A stretch of DNA of 63,366 bases, counting the filler, from Basidioascus undulatus (lineage: Eukaryota), in the NCBI GenBank assembly GCA_000826855.1. It is 5 parts of 5 records of this genome, joined end to end, with 100 filler letters (N's around TTAATTAATTAA, not from the genome) between each part and the next. Parts side by side here need not be neighbours in the genome. Positions count along the whole stretch, not along the records: positions 38,110 to 50,690 come from JTLS01000891.1; positions 50,791 to 63,366 come from JTLS01000892.1; 3 more parts are not named here. The stretch is one strand, 5' to 3'. Each line of letters opens with the position of its first letter. Positions within the stretch are counted from its first letter, which is position 1. Position numbers and translations under genes: made by a program. The notes beneath the pieces were generated by a model. The model saw only the letters and a list, made by a program, of their open reading frames with translations. It searched no databases and was not told where the DNA came from. This document shows positions 49,501-62,289 of this stretch, in pieces.

Positions 49501-49887
49501 CGTTCTTTTCTCTCACTGACATCGACTGGATCAACGATGAGCGCATAAAAGGAGCTTTCTTACCATGTGCTGTAGGCTTTTGAGTTCCAAAACCCTGACA
49601 AGAACGCCAGCTTGCTTCAGTAGCGAGTTGGAGGTCAGCGCGTCCGGTCGTTCGGCGCCCAAGAAAGGGTACCGTTGGGCGGAGCACACCCACTAAGGCT
49701 CGAGGACGAGAAGAAGGCATAGGTATGACCCAGCGCTGGAGCTTCAGGACGAGGTCGGTTGCCCGGGTGCAGACAAAAGCGGAGCTTGAGCTGCAGTCGG
49801 GTTTCCGGGCATTCCTCCTCTCTTCCGTCCACACAGCCCTCGCCGACTCCCGAAATAAATACCCATACACCTCCCGCCTCCTACCAC

Positions 49888-50690
49888 TCATTCACCTCCA
49901 TCCCGTCCAACCCCTCCCCTCCCCTCCTCAACAAGCACCCAACTACTTCCGCACCCGCCCCACATTCCCCTAACTCTCCACCCCCTCCACGCCTCTTCCA
50001 CAGGCGGCCATGCTCGTTCAGGCACCCAGACGTCCTCCGTGTGGCCCAAGCCAAGCGTGCCGTGCTCGTTCCACCCGAAGACGTAGATCTCGTCCGGCCC
50101 CTCCTCCCTCTCATCCTCGGCGGCGGTGGAGAGTGCCAAAAGGGAAGGCGAGGAAGGGGAGGAGAGAAGGACAAGCAGGTGCTCGCTCCCCACCGCAATC
50201 TCCCGTGCAGGCCTCGGGAGCGCCACGGGCCCGGGGGTATCTTCCCCCATTGCGCGCCGCCCAAGCTGCCCGTGCGTATTGCTCCCGCACGCCCACACCC
50301 GCCCCTCAAAATCAAGGACATAGCTTCCATTCCAGCTCGCCTGGACCTGACGTGCCCTCCGCTCAGGCAAGCGCAGCTGTCCGCGTGCGTCGGACCCCCA
50401 CGCGACGACCTCCTCCCCAGGCGAGGAGGAGGGGGGGAGGAAGAGCGAGTGTTCTCTCCCGGCTGCGATCTTAGCGGGAGCAAAGGGGATTGGGAGGACG
50501 GCAGGGGCAGAGAGGAAGGGGGCGTGGGAGAGCGAGGGCGAGAGCTGGGACTTGCGGGAGGCGCCGAGGCCGAGCGTGAGGGGTGTTGGGTCCGGGGAGT
50601 GGGGGGAGAAAGCGAGGAGGGAGAGAATCGCGTGGCGAGGGGAGGCGGCGAGGGGGGTTATTGTGTAGTGCGTTGTTTCGGGGGGTAGGG
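49888..50690 (-). CDS. RCC1-repeat protein, Ats1/Kti13-like, 5'-partial
   Basis: AAGREHSLFL, VAWGSDAHGQL, VWACGSNTHGQLG, IAVGSEHLL, FGWNEHGTLGLG and terminal WGGCGSSWV. Confidence 0.82.
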
Positions 50691-50790
50691 NNNNNNNNNN
50701 NNNNNNNNNNNNNNNNNNNNNNNNNNNNNNNNNNTTAATTAATTAANNNNNNNNNNNNNNNNNNNNNNNNNNNNNNNNNNNNNNNNNNNN
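50691..50790. other. Artificial contig linker N44-TTAATTAATTAA-N44
   Basis: Same 100-bp spacer. Confidence 0.98.
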
Positions 50791-53700
50791 GCTCAACCTC
50801 CCGCTCTCCCTCCCACCCCGTCCACGGCGACCCCGCCGCCACCTACCGCCGCGCAGCTGGGCCCGCCCAGGCGCGCTGCGTCCGCATTTGAGTCGCAGCA
50901 GCCGCTGGTGGGGCCGCCGCCGAAGGGCGGGCCGCGTCGCGTCGCGAGCTACGCACCGGGCGAGATGCAGCAGGAACTCGCGGCTGCGCAGCAGCAGCAG
51001 CAGCAGCAGCAGGGGTACCAGTCTTTCTCTCCGCCGCCGTCGGTATCACCAGCATACCAGCCTCTCGTCCCCGTCACCGCCGGAGGGCCGCCCTCCCGCG
51101 CCACGTCGCCCTACGAGCCGCCTCCACCCGCAGCGGCCGGCCCGCCTCCTTGTGCGCGCCCACAACCGGCGACAGCACCGCCCCAGCGCCCCTCCACCCT
51201 CCCGCTCTCGCCTCCTCACACCGGCCGTCGGAGCGCCTCGCCCTTGGAGGACCCCTACGGCGCCCCGCGGCGCGACCCGAGCATCTGGCCATCCCAGCCG
51301 GGCACGCCGACGGGGAGTGCGTTCGCGCCTCTCCCGGACGAGCAGATGCCGCCCCAGCCGAGCTGGTACGACGGTGCCGCCGCTGCGCCAGCGCTGGACG
51401 AGAACCGGGCCCGGCGGGTAGACACGGGCGCGCCTGCGGCACCTTCCACGCCACTCGGGCTCCCCGCGCTCGCGGTCACGAGCGCAAGCCCGCAGGAGGA
51501 GACGCCTAGCATGCCCCGCCCGGCGGGCGAGGTCGAGGACCTTGTGAAGGAGCTGCAGGACCTGCAGGTCCAGCCGTCGGAGCAGGAGGAGCCGCTCTTG
51601 CCGAAGCCCGCGGAGGAGGGACCGGAGCAGCAGCCGGTGTTCGGGGAGGATCCGGAGGGTGGCGCTCAGGCGCTGTTTGGGGAGGACCCGGAGGCCGGCT
51701 CGCAGTCGCAGGCGCTGTTCGGGGAAGAGGGAGCGCTGCAGCCTACACCGCCGCCTGTTGATGAGGTGCCGCTCGATGCTGAGGCCGCGCGTGCTCCGGC
51801 TGACGATGCCGCACCGCCGGTCACGGAGCAGTACACGCCTTCTGCCGAGCAGGCACCGCCTGTCGACCCGTACGCGCCCACCGCGCCGGTCAGCCAGCCC
51901 TCGTCTCCAGCCAACACAAACGTCTACACCTACGCACCGGCCGCCGCGGAACCTGCTGTCCCGGCCTCCCAACCCGTCGGACCATACGCCCCTGCCGCTC
52001 CCGCCCCCACCGATCCATACGCCCCGCCTCCAACTTCCGCCGCCGCCTCGAACGGCTACACCCCGTCATACGGCATGGACGACACCTCACCTTTCGGCGA
52101 CGCCTCTGCGGCCGACGCGACCCTGTATGGGTATGGCTCTCCCCCGGCCGCGACGAGCCAGTTCGACCTCGGCGCAAACGGTGCCTCCCCCGTTCCCGAG
52201 ACGCGGGCTTCCTTGGACTCTATCGCTGCGCCGCCCCGCTTCCAGCCGCCCGCGCACTTGACGAGCGCGGCGGAGGACCCGTACGCGCCAAGCACGCCGC
52301 CCATGCAGATCGGGTCGGGCTGGCAGACCGCCCCGCCTCCGCAGTCGTCGCCGTCGAAGCCGAGCACGGGCATGTCCTCGTCCTACGGCGCTTACCAACC
52401 CCCTTCTAGCGCGCCGGCGCCGTACAACCCCTACACCCCCGTCGCTGAGCCCTACGCGCCGGCGTCCCTGAGCTCCTCGCCGCGCTCGATCCCTCCGCGC
52501 TCGTACACCGCCAGCCCGCACAAGGGGTACGCGCCCGGGCGCTCGAGCTCCGAGTACCCGCTCCGTTGCGGCACGCTCGACCACCCCGTGCGCACGAGCT
52601 CCGAGTACTCGTACGAGCCCGTGTACGGCGACTACGCCGGCTTCGCGGCGAACGGCGCGCAGCAGCCTGCGGTCCTGAACGGGCCGTACGAGGTCGGCAG
52701 CGGCGGGGCGGACGAGCAGGTCGACCTCCGCCGCGCGCCCTACCCGATCGTCAGCTTCGGCTTCGGCGGCAAGGTCGTCGTGCACTTCCCGCAGGGCACA
52801 TCATCCTCATCCTCGCTCACAGACCTGTCATCACCCTTCGCGAGCCTCAGCGCTGCGCCCGCCGTGCCGTCGTTTGCGTCGCCCAGCACCGTCTCGATCC
52901 GCAAGATGGCCGACATCCTTCCGCCTGCGCCGGCGCCATTCCCTGGCCCAGTGTTCGTCCCGCCCTCGGGCAACAAGGGCAAGAAGAAGGACGCGCTGCA
53001 ATACCTGGACGCTCGCGCGAAGGAGCACGAGGTGGGCCTGGCGTTCGTCGCTCAGGGCTCGGAGGAGGCCGGAAAGCACCACGAGGCCAAGATCGCCCTG
53101 CTCCGCATCGTGAAGATCATGGTTGAAAACGAAGGAAAGCTCTCAGGACGGTGCGTGTGACTCGGGCCCGTTTGACCAGTGTGAGCGGGCTGATACGTGT
53201 GCTGGGAGCAGTCCGCAGATCGAGGAAGCTGTGCGTTCAGCGCTGCTGCCGAAGGGGGCGGGAATCGGCTCCTACACCACCAAGCCTCCCTCGCCCGTCG
53301 TCGAGCGCTTCCCCTCAGCACCATCGCCTTACGCCACGAACGGCGGGATCTTCGGGTCGACGGCGCCCGCACTCTCGGACAAGCCGCAGCGCACCGTCGC
53401 GTCGTACGAGGTCTCGTCGCACGCGCTCGACCACATCCAGAGCCTGCTCCTCCGCGGCGCGCGTCGCGACGCCGTGCGCTTCGCGCTTGACGAGCGCATG
53501 TGGGCCCACGCGCTCGTCATGTCTAGCTGTGTCGACAAGGAGACGTGGAAGGAGGTCGTCGACGAGTTCGTGCGAGTCGAGATGGGCTCTAAGCTCGACG
53601 TGGACGGCCAATCTAACGGCCGCGAGAGCATGCGCGTGGCGTACAGCATGTTCGCCGGGCAGGGAGCGGCTTCCAGTACGTCGGCTGTATGACGATCTGC

Positions 53701-56250
53701 TTTTGAACTGATATTGACAGACGCTCCGTTGCTCTGCAGTTGACGCGTTCTTCCCGCCGCGATCACTTTCGAACATGCAAGACGCTCTCGCAGCACCGGC
53801 GCCGATGCCGATGGCATTGTCGTCGCCGGGCTTCAAGCCCCCGCCCAAACTCACGAGCGCGAGCCTCGTGCACTGGCAAGAGACTGCCGCAACGCTGATC
53901 TCCAATCCGGACGCGGGTGACGCTCAGGCCACGTTGCGGGCCCTCGGCGACACCCTGGCTGCGAACGGCTGGATCGAGGCGGGCCATGTCTGGTTGGTCC
54001 CTCCCCCCCTTTTCCACCCATTTCTCGTGCTCTTTTGCTGATTTCATGTGCCCTGCAGCTATTTGCTCTCGCCTAAGGCGTCGCCGCTCGGCGGCGAGAT
54101 CGTCCCTGGCGCACGAATCGCACTCGTGGGCTCCGAGTCGCCCAAGTCCGCTCCTGCGTTCCACCGCAACCTCGACAGCATCATCCTCACTGAGCTCGTC
54201 GAGTACGCGCTCTCGCTCGTCCCGGTCGCCAAGGGCCAAGAGCCGTACCACGGCTTGCCTCATCTGCAGGCGCATCGTCTCGTCCACGCGTGGCGGCTTG
54301 CGGACTTGGGCTACCTTTCTGAAGCGCAGCGGTATGTCGCTTCAGCACTGAACAGCGGTCGGAACATGCTGACAGAGGAGATATCGCAGGTACTGCGAGG
54401 CTATCGCTGGCACGCTCAAGCTCGCCACACGCGGCTCGCCGTACTACCACCCCACTCTTCTCACCCAACTCCGCGAGCTTTCGGATCGCCTCTGCGGCGC
54501 CCCGCAGATGGACAAGACCGGATCGTGGATCACACGCAAGATGGTCCGGCCGAGCCTGGACACGCTCTGGACGTCGATGGAGGGCCGCTTGACCAAGTTC
54601 ATCGCCGGCGACGGCGACGGTACGAGCGAGGGCGAGCCAACGCTGCAGAAGGCCTCGCAGCTCACGACGCCCAAGGTCGGCAAGGAGCCCGTCGTCGGAC
54701 CGTTCTCGCACTACAGCTCTATCTCGCCTGCCAGTACGTCCGGCACGCTTTCGCGCACGCCTTCCGCGGTGGACCTCAATGGCGGCTTGGTCCAAGGAGC
54801 TCGCCGCACCGCGTCACCGTTCCAGTACGGCTCTGGCGGCGTGCCGCCTCCGCCCGCGCGCGCGTCCTCGGCGGGCGGATACCATCAGCGTCCGGTTGCG
54901 CTTTCGCACATGCGTACTCCTTCCGCGTCCGGCTCGTTCTCCGCCCATGCCGCCGCGGGCCAATTCGCGGACAGCGGCTCCGCCTACAACGCGTACCAGC
55001 CGTACGGCAGCTCCTCTCGCGCCGCTTCCACCTTCGAAGAGGCCACGCCGACCTCAAACGTGTATCCTGCTGGCCTCGCCTCGCCCTACAACCCCGAAGG
55101 CGACAGCGCTGGCTGGTGGGGCGCTGCGCAGGGCGGCGAGTCGAGCGGAGCCGACCAGCCCAAGGCGCCGCTCTTCAGCCCTATATCTGAAGACGAAGCG
55201 CCGGCGGTTGGCGAGGGCGGCTTCGTGTCGCTCATGGATGGCTTTTCGAGCGCGCCGACGCCCACGTTCGGCCTGTCGACCGACGCTTTCCAATCGTCCG
55301 GCTCGGGCCGAGCCGCCGCCGAGGAGGAGGACCTAGAGGATCTCGGTTTCGGCAATGCTTCTACTCGCGCTCGCGCACGGCGCGAGGAACCGGAGGAGGA
55401 CGAGGCTGCGTCAGCGGCAAAGGAGGAGGAGCCCAAGCAAGGTGTGTTCCGCATTTCTCACATCTGTAAGCCAAAGCATAAGCTCACGCTCGCTGCTCAT
55501 TATGTCGCAGAAGTGAAGCCTCGGACGTCGTCCTCGTGGCTGCGTCGCTCAAGCACGGGAGTAATGCCGCCCGCTGCGCCGGCAGCATCGGGCGAGGATA
55601 CGACGAAGAGGGGGGAAGGCGGTCAGTCACCTCGTCCGCAGACGCGCGAGGACCGTTAAACTGACCTCCAGGGCGCCGCTCCGCAGAGCTCAAGACGTCC
55701 GCGTCTTCGTCGTGGCTCAGCAGGTGGTGGAAGAAGGAGCCCGCCGAAGCGGCGGGCTCTGGGCCTGTGCGCGCCAAGCTCGGCGAGGAGTCTTCGTTCT
55801 ACTACGACGCGGAGCAGAAGCGATGGGTCAACAAGAAGGTGCATCTCAAGCCCCAACTCCCCACACTGAAATGCTCATCATCTTCTTCCATCTCCCCAGG
55901 CTGGCGCCGCCGCCGAAGCGCCCAAACCTCCTCCTCCCCCACCCCGCGCTCAAACGACGTCTCCATCGACGACCGGTCCACGTCTGGCAGCAGCGACGCC
56001 CCCCGCCGCGTCCGGTTCCGTCCCGCCCCAAGTCTCCGCCGCCGGCCCCCAACCGCCGCGCGCTGCGGCCGGACCTCCTCCTCCCGGTGGAGCGCCTCCG
56101 CCCTTCCGCCGCCCGCCGTCGAGCCTCGCGCAGTCGCACGTCCCCTCCGACGCGCCGTCCGAGGCCGGCACGCCACCCCCACCCCCACCGGGCGGCGCGC
56201 GCAAACCCGCGAAGAAGAACATCCGCTCGCGCTATGTGGCGATAGAGTAG
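50791..56250 (+). CDS. SEC16: COPII coat assembly protein Sec16, probably 5'-partial
   Basis: Pro-rich N-terminus open from the contig edge; PIVSFGFGGKVV, LLRGARRDAVRFALDERMWAHALVMSS, RAKLGEESSFYYDAEQKRWVNKK, KKNIRSRYVAIE*. Confidence 0.93.
50989..51012 (+). repeat. (CAG)8 microsatellite encoding polyQ in SEC16
   Basis: Read directly. Confidence 0.9.
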
Positions 56251-56869
56251 TACGTCGGATGGGATCTTTTGTTGCTCTGAAAAAGAAACTTGTTCAGTCG
56301 TGCTGCATTTCTTCTCTTTTTTCTGATCCTCCATGTCTTTCCGCTTTCTTCTTCTCATCTTATACGCCCTCGCATGTCTCGCTTGCTACGCCCTATGCAC
56401 TAATCACTTTTCTGGCATTGCTCGTTATTCTCAACAGGTGTGTGACCGCGCAAGATGAAAGTGAACGACTGCTGCTTAAAGTGGATGAGGTTCAGGCCTG
56501 GGAGGTAATCACAGAAAACTCAAACGCATATCTTCATGTGAACGGAAATGGGGAAGGAGAGAGGGCGATCTCTTTCTCCTACCTGCCTCTTACGAATATT
56601 GAGTGATAAGGTCAAACTGGACGCCCAGTTTCATTTTGCGGTTTTGACATGCACCAGTCGGATTACTTGATTTGTACACTGCCTTGCCGGACGGACTGCG
56701 AGGGCCTCTGACAGCCTATCTCCTTCCGTTCACATTTACGCGGCGGCTGGCAATGGGATGTCAGTAGATGTGAGCGTTCAGAAACCATCGAACACATCCA
56801 TTTGAGCCACCTCTTATAGAAAATTCGACATCACATCAACCCAAACGAAAGAAGCCTCGTTCCACCAGC

Positions 56870-58139
56870 TCACAACCTCGCCGTTCTCTTCCACCCGCCG
56901 TCGCGCTCTTGCTCCTGCTCCCCATCCCCACGCGCAATCCTCCCAAACACCTCAATTCCCTGCACACCCAGCGCAGTAGCAAGCCCGACGGCACGCACAC
57001 CGCACGCGACCATGCGGTCGAACGCCGCGCGCGAGTCGACACCGCCTGCGCCGATGAGCGCTATCCGGCGGACGGGCGCGTGCGGGCTTGCGGAGAGGTG
57101 GGTCGAGAGGTGGCGGACGTTGCCTTAAAGATAGAGGGGAAAATAATAAGTTTAAGGAGGTGACGGAGAAGGGGAGGCGGAAGGCTACGGACCCAGAGAA
57201 AGTGGGTGCAGCGCATGGCCGGCCAGTCCGCCGTATGGTGTGGGAAGCGCGTCTGTGAGTTGGCAGCCCTCCACAGACGCGGAGGAGGCGGTGGCAATGA
57301 GGACGGCCGTGCACCCCAGAGTGTTGGTACTAGTGAGGAAAGAAATCGGATGCGGGGCGTCCGGGTCCGACGGGGAGACGGCCTCGATGCAGGACAGGAC
57401 GGCGGCGAACTGGTCGGCGTATACGAAGGGCGAGAGCTTCAAGCCGATGGTGAGTGACGGGTCGGAGGCGTGCAGGGTGCGCAGGGTGGAGAGGTAGTAG
57501 GCTAGAGATGCGGGGGAGTAGGAGGGTGGGAGGTGGTTCGGGATGTTGCTGTTCGCGGTCCATATGGTATTTTTTGATATCAGACGCTCGGATGTAAAGA
57601 ATGGGAAAGGGAATAAGGCGCACGGGCACGACAAGTTTATCTCAACCCCAATCAAGCTCCTCCCATCCCTACCATCGTCCAACCGCCTCCTCAAGCCCTG
57701 CACCTCCTCCACCGCCTCCCTCACCTCCTGCTCCGACCCCGTCACGCTAACGATCACCGGTTTCCACCCCATCCGCTTCCCCTCCCTACGCAGTAGCTCC
57801 TCGACCCAGCGCACGTACTCCCCCGTCGTGTGCGGGGAGAACCCGAAGCTGTTCGACGACCCCCAGGCGTGGAAGGCGACTGCGTGCGAGGGGAGCGCGG
57901 GGAAGCCGGAGGGCATGGACGTGCGCGTCGTTATCGCTCCGGTGTAGGGGGAGGTGTAGACCGCGTGCAGGTCGGTGGGGGTGGTTGCATAGGGGGAGGC
58001 TGGGGGGTGGAGTGAGAGGAGGAAGAGAAGATGGAAGGCACGGGAGGTACACACCAGTGTTGAGCAGCGCGCCAGGGAAATGGAGCGTATGGATTTGGAC
58101 GGGCGTAGAAGGGGTGATTGCCGGTCGTGGAGATGACAT
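56870..58139 (-). CDS. Class-I dihydroorotate dehydrogenase-like FMN enzyme, probably dihydrouracil oxidase, with C-terminal PTS1 (ARL)
   Basis: LLNT|ASPYATT, GAITTRTS, SSNSFGFSP, KPVIVSVTG, EINLSCP|NIP, GLKLSPF, TSTNTLG, GGLAGHALHPLSL|GNV, IGAGGV; 3 introns; ends KRTARL*. Confidence 0.85.
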
Positions 58140-60343
58140 TTTACTAGAGCTCTCGGACTATAACTTCGGAGTGCGTTTGAGAAAGGAGAAGGAGGTCGAG
58201 GAGAAGCAAGGCAAGGAGATCTCCCTTCTCCAGAGGCGGAAATTGCGGAGTTTAGATAACAGACAGGTTACATTCTGCAAGCTCTCCTTCGGTTACTTAT
58301 GGGGCCTATGGACGAGGGCCATGAAACTCCCCTACATTACTTCGTTACTAAAGAACACGTATGCAATTGAAAGCCGTAGGCAGAACACTGCAGCGAGTGC
58401 TGCCAATGGGACGCCCAACCATCTGGCACGCTCGCTGTCTCTGAACATCTTTGCGGGAGTCTGGGTCAACGGTCCCCGGGGTTGGCATTTAAGTATCTGG
58501 GAGTCCAACATTTTAGAAACCCCTGAGATGAAATTGAGCTCTCTGCAAGGCCTTGCGAATGTGGCGCTCATCGGGCGGCGGTTCGCAATGCAGCAAGCTG
58601 CAGCCGCAGTGTCTGTAAGCTGGCGCCATTACCCACTCTTGTTTCTTGGACTGTCAAAGTATTTTAACACCACAGATAGTGGTATACTCGGACCAAGAAC
58701 TGAAAGATCCAGGACGACCGCGCTGGTGAGACTAGGATCCGATTCTCTTCAATTGTCAAGCTCATCCATCGCGTTCGGTACCGCTCGCACCCAGCCGGAC
58801 GGACAGCTTCGCTGCAGGAACGTCATTCCCATACACTTTAACAATCATAAATACCGTCGCAGGCTTGTTTCGCCGGCGGCAGGTGAGAGCCGGCGTGCTT
58901 GCATGTTTCCGTATGTGCGCGAATCCGCGTTGATTTTGGTCGATTCGTTGTTTGCAGTGTCCCCGGTGCGTAAGAGCTTGATAGCATGACTTGCTCGCAC
59001 GATGCAGACTTCCCGTGACGACTGCGACCGAACAACAGGGACGTGGCTGTAGCACAAGAACACACTGGAAGATTTGGGGGACCATATACGAATTCTTATT
59101 GGGTAAATAGTCTGGGAATGCAAAGATCGATATAGTCTCGTTTCCGAGCTCCGCGGCGTTCGCCAGCCTCGCGGAGTACAGTGGTGTGTGTGGCACTGCC
59201 GCGACGACGACATACCTTCCATCGCCCGGAGTTAATCTTCGAACCAAGCGGAAGCCTTCTAAAGATGTTCCGACCGAATTCGTTGGGGGCGAGCGGGTTG
59301 ATGGCAAGCGTTTCTTGCTCCTTCGGCGCTGTGGATGATTGCGCTCCAGACGAGCGCCTCAGCCTGCAGAGCCCTGCTTGCTTCTTTTCCGTCCAGGTGA
59401 ATTTAAATCCCCATCGGACCTAAATTGATTCCCAACGGCTTCCAGTCCCCCACAGAAGCGGAAGGGCGTCTTGTCGACGACCTCATTGCAATGGGCCGTC
59501 TGCTTTCAGACTGCGCTCTCTTCGCCATTTTCAGACCAGCAATGCCGCTTTCTCCAATCAGAAGAATTAGTGAAAGAAAATTGTCTCTAAAAACAATTCG
59601 GCTGCTGGACCCCATCTCCACGCCGAACTCTCATCTCTCGCAAAACACCTAGACCCAACAGCCGTGACCTTAATGTCCATCCATGCAGAGCCGACGATCT
59701 GCGAAAGTTGAATGTCTGCAATGGATTCCCAGGACACACCGAACCACTGGTTATAAAGTAATGTGTACCCAAACAGCGGGCAGGATATCGTTCTAGACGT
59801 CTGCGACCGCAGTTGGGTCTTCCGACGGACCTGGCCCTGCTGCTGCTTGCGCGCACGCTTCGAGTTCCCTGCGGCCTCTGCGACACCGCCGCAGAACAAA
59901 ACACAAAGTATATGTCAGAGACCCTGGGGTATTGTTGGATTATGGGACTGGGCTGAGTAGTTCAGCTAAATGTGGGACAGACGAACGACTGGGTTGAGTG
60001 GTTCAGCTGAATGTGGGACGACCGTTCGTCTGTCGAAGTTCACCCGCTCACCACACACCTCTCCACATACCTCCACAACCTGTACACGCTTCGCCTTCGA
60101 ACGTCTCGGGCAATCATGCATGGGCGGGAAGCACCCATCGCACACGTATCACGTCCAGTTGAAACGGCTGATCAGTACTGACAGGGAGACGGCACGGTCA
60201 AGCACACCAAGCATCGCACGCAGATCGCATCAAGCTCAAGTGCGCGATGTTGTTGTTTCGGGTGGACAGACATGCAACAGACGCAGATAGCATCAAGCTC
60301 AAGTGGGCTATATGATTACAACAGTCGATCAAGCAAGGCTACA

Positions 60344-60931
<588 letters not shown>

Positions 60932-62289
60932 CTTGGATGGAGTACGAAGTGGGAGATGCGGGTGTGGTGTGGTCTGTGGTGGTGGTCAATTGAAGGGGAG
61001 AGACGAGCGAGTCAGCTGGGTCGTCCTTGGTCGCTCGGTGGAGCAAGTGGCTTGCTTATCGCGACCGCGCGCTCGCTCTCGGCGCGGCCCCAACGCCACT
61101 GAAGCTCGTCCAACCATCCCAACCCGCTTGCACGCCACCTGCTATCCCCAAGCTAAGAAGAATGAAGACTTACTATGCGGATGGACTGCGCGGCACGGAA
61201 AGAAGAGGGAGATGATGGATGTTCGAAGGAGAGAGGACAGGCGGGCGGACGTGGCGATATGAGTGGAGCGGATTATTAGGAGGGCGGGTTGACGTAAGAT
61301 GTCACATGAAATTTGAGAGTGGGAAACCAGAGAGTGCGAGAGTCGTCGACAGCGTCGAGGAGGCACTGGATGACTTTTTGAAGGGATGTCGATAGATGTA
61401 GCTGAAAATACGACGTTTAAAACGCATCATGTCCGCAGACAGACAGGCACCAGAAAGCAACGGCGCGTTGTGATGGAGTACAGATCTTGCAGCCGGACGA
61501 CGTTCTGCTTGCGGACGGACTCGACCGTCAACGTCTACTTCTCACTAATGTACCTACTTTCCCAGAAACTGACAAATGCCTTTCAATGATCGAATCATGG
61601 GAAGGAAATGCATCGCAAACTGCTGAAAGTGCGACCAGATGGTGAAATTGCACGAATGCGTGGGAAGCTGACAGTTGCCGCTGAAGTGAGCGAGTGGTCG
61701 ACACCGGCACAGTTGCCACCCGACCTTTCTCAACTCTGCTCAAATTCGGCTCAGGAATGCAGATGCAGTTGTAAGATGCAGATTCTACCTGCGTGCCTGG
61801 CCTGGTCTGGCATGCAAAAGGTTGCACAAGGAGTCGGCCGCGGCGAAGGAGACAAACAACGAACTGGACTGGGCCAGAACCTGCGTTCTTTGTGACAGCG
61901 CGGGCTGTCTGCGCGCAGGCGCGGGTGGGGCGGGGCGCGGCACGGTCCATTCTCCAGTCTCGCAAGCTTGACTTGTTGCCCTCCTGAGTCCGCCAGCCTT
62001 TATCCTCAACACGTCCACAGACGCCTCACCTACCGCATCCCCCGCCCTCCTCATCGCCAACGACGGACTAGACGGCGCAGTCGACTAACCGGGCCGAAAG
62101 GAAACCTAACCGCCCGCTCCCTGCGTTGCCCGCGGCTCCCCTTGCCTCCGCATCCCCATCCATCGCCCGCAAGACCAGCAGCAGCAGCAGCCTTCTTATT
62201 TCCACACCTACTTTCTTGTTTTCCTACTCCTTCTCCGACGACCTCCTCCGACTGTCCTCCTTCTTTCCGCCCCCCGCGAGACCGCCAAG

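Noticed and set aside
51635..52460. FGEDPE and DPYAP peptide repeats in SEC16
   Set aside because: Low-complexity repeats within a disordered coding region; not a DNA repeat array.
56870..58139. Horizontally acquired bacterial URA1 (anaerobic DHOD)
   Set aside because: It has spliceosomal introns, host-like composition and active-site motifs of the fungal dihydrouracil-oxidase-like family rather than Ura1.
57985..59307. 334-aa plus-strand ORF and 181-aa minus-strand ORF
   Set aside because: No codon bias, motifs or splice structure; the first overlaps the start of the real minus-strand gene.
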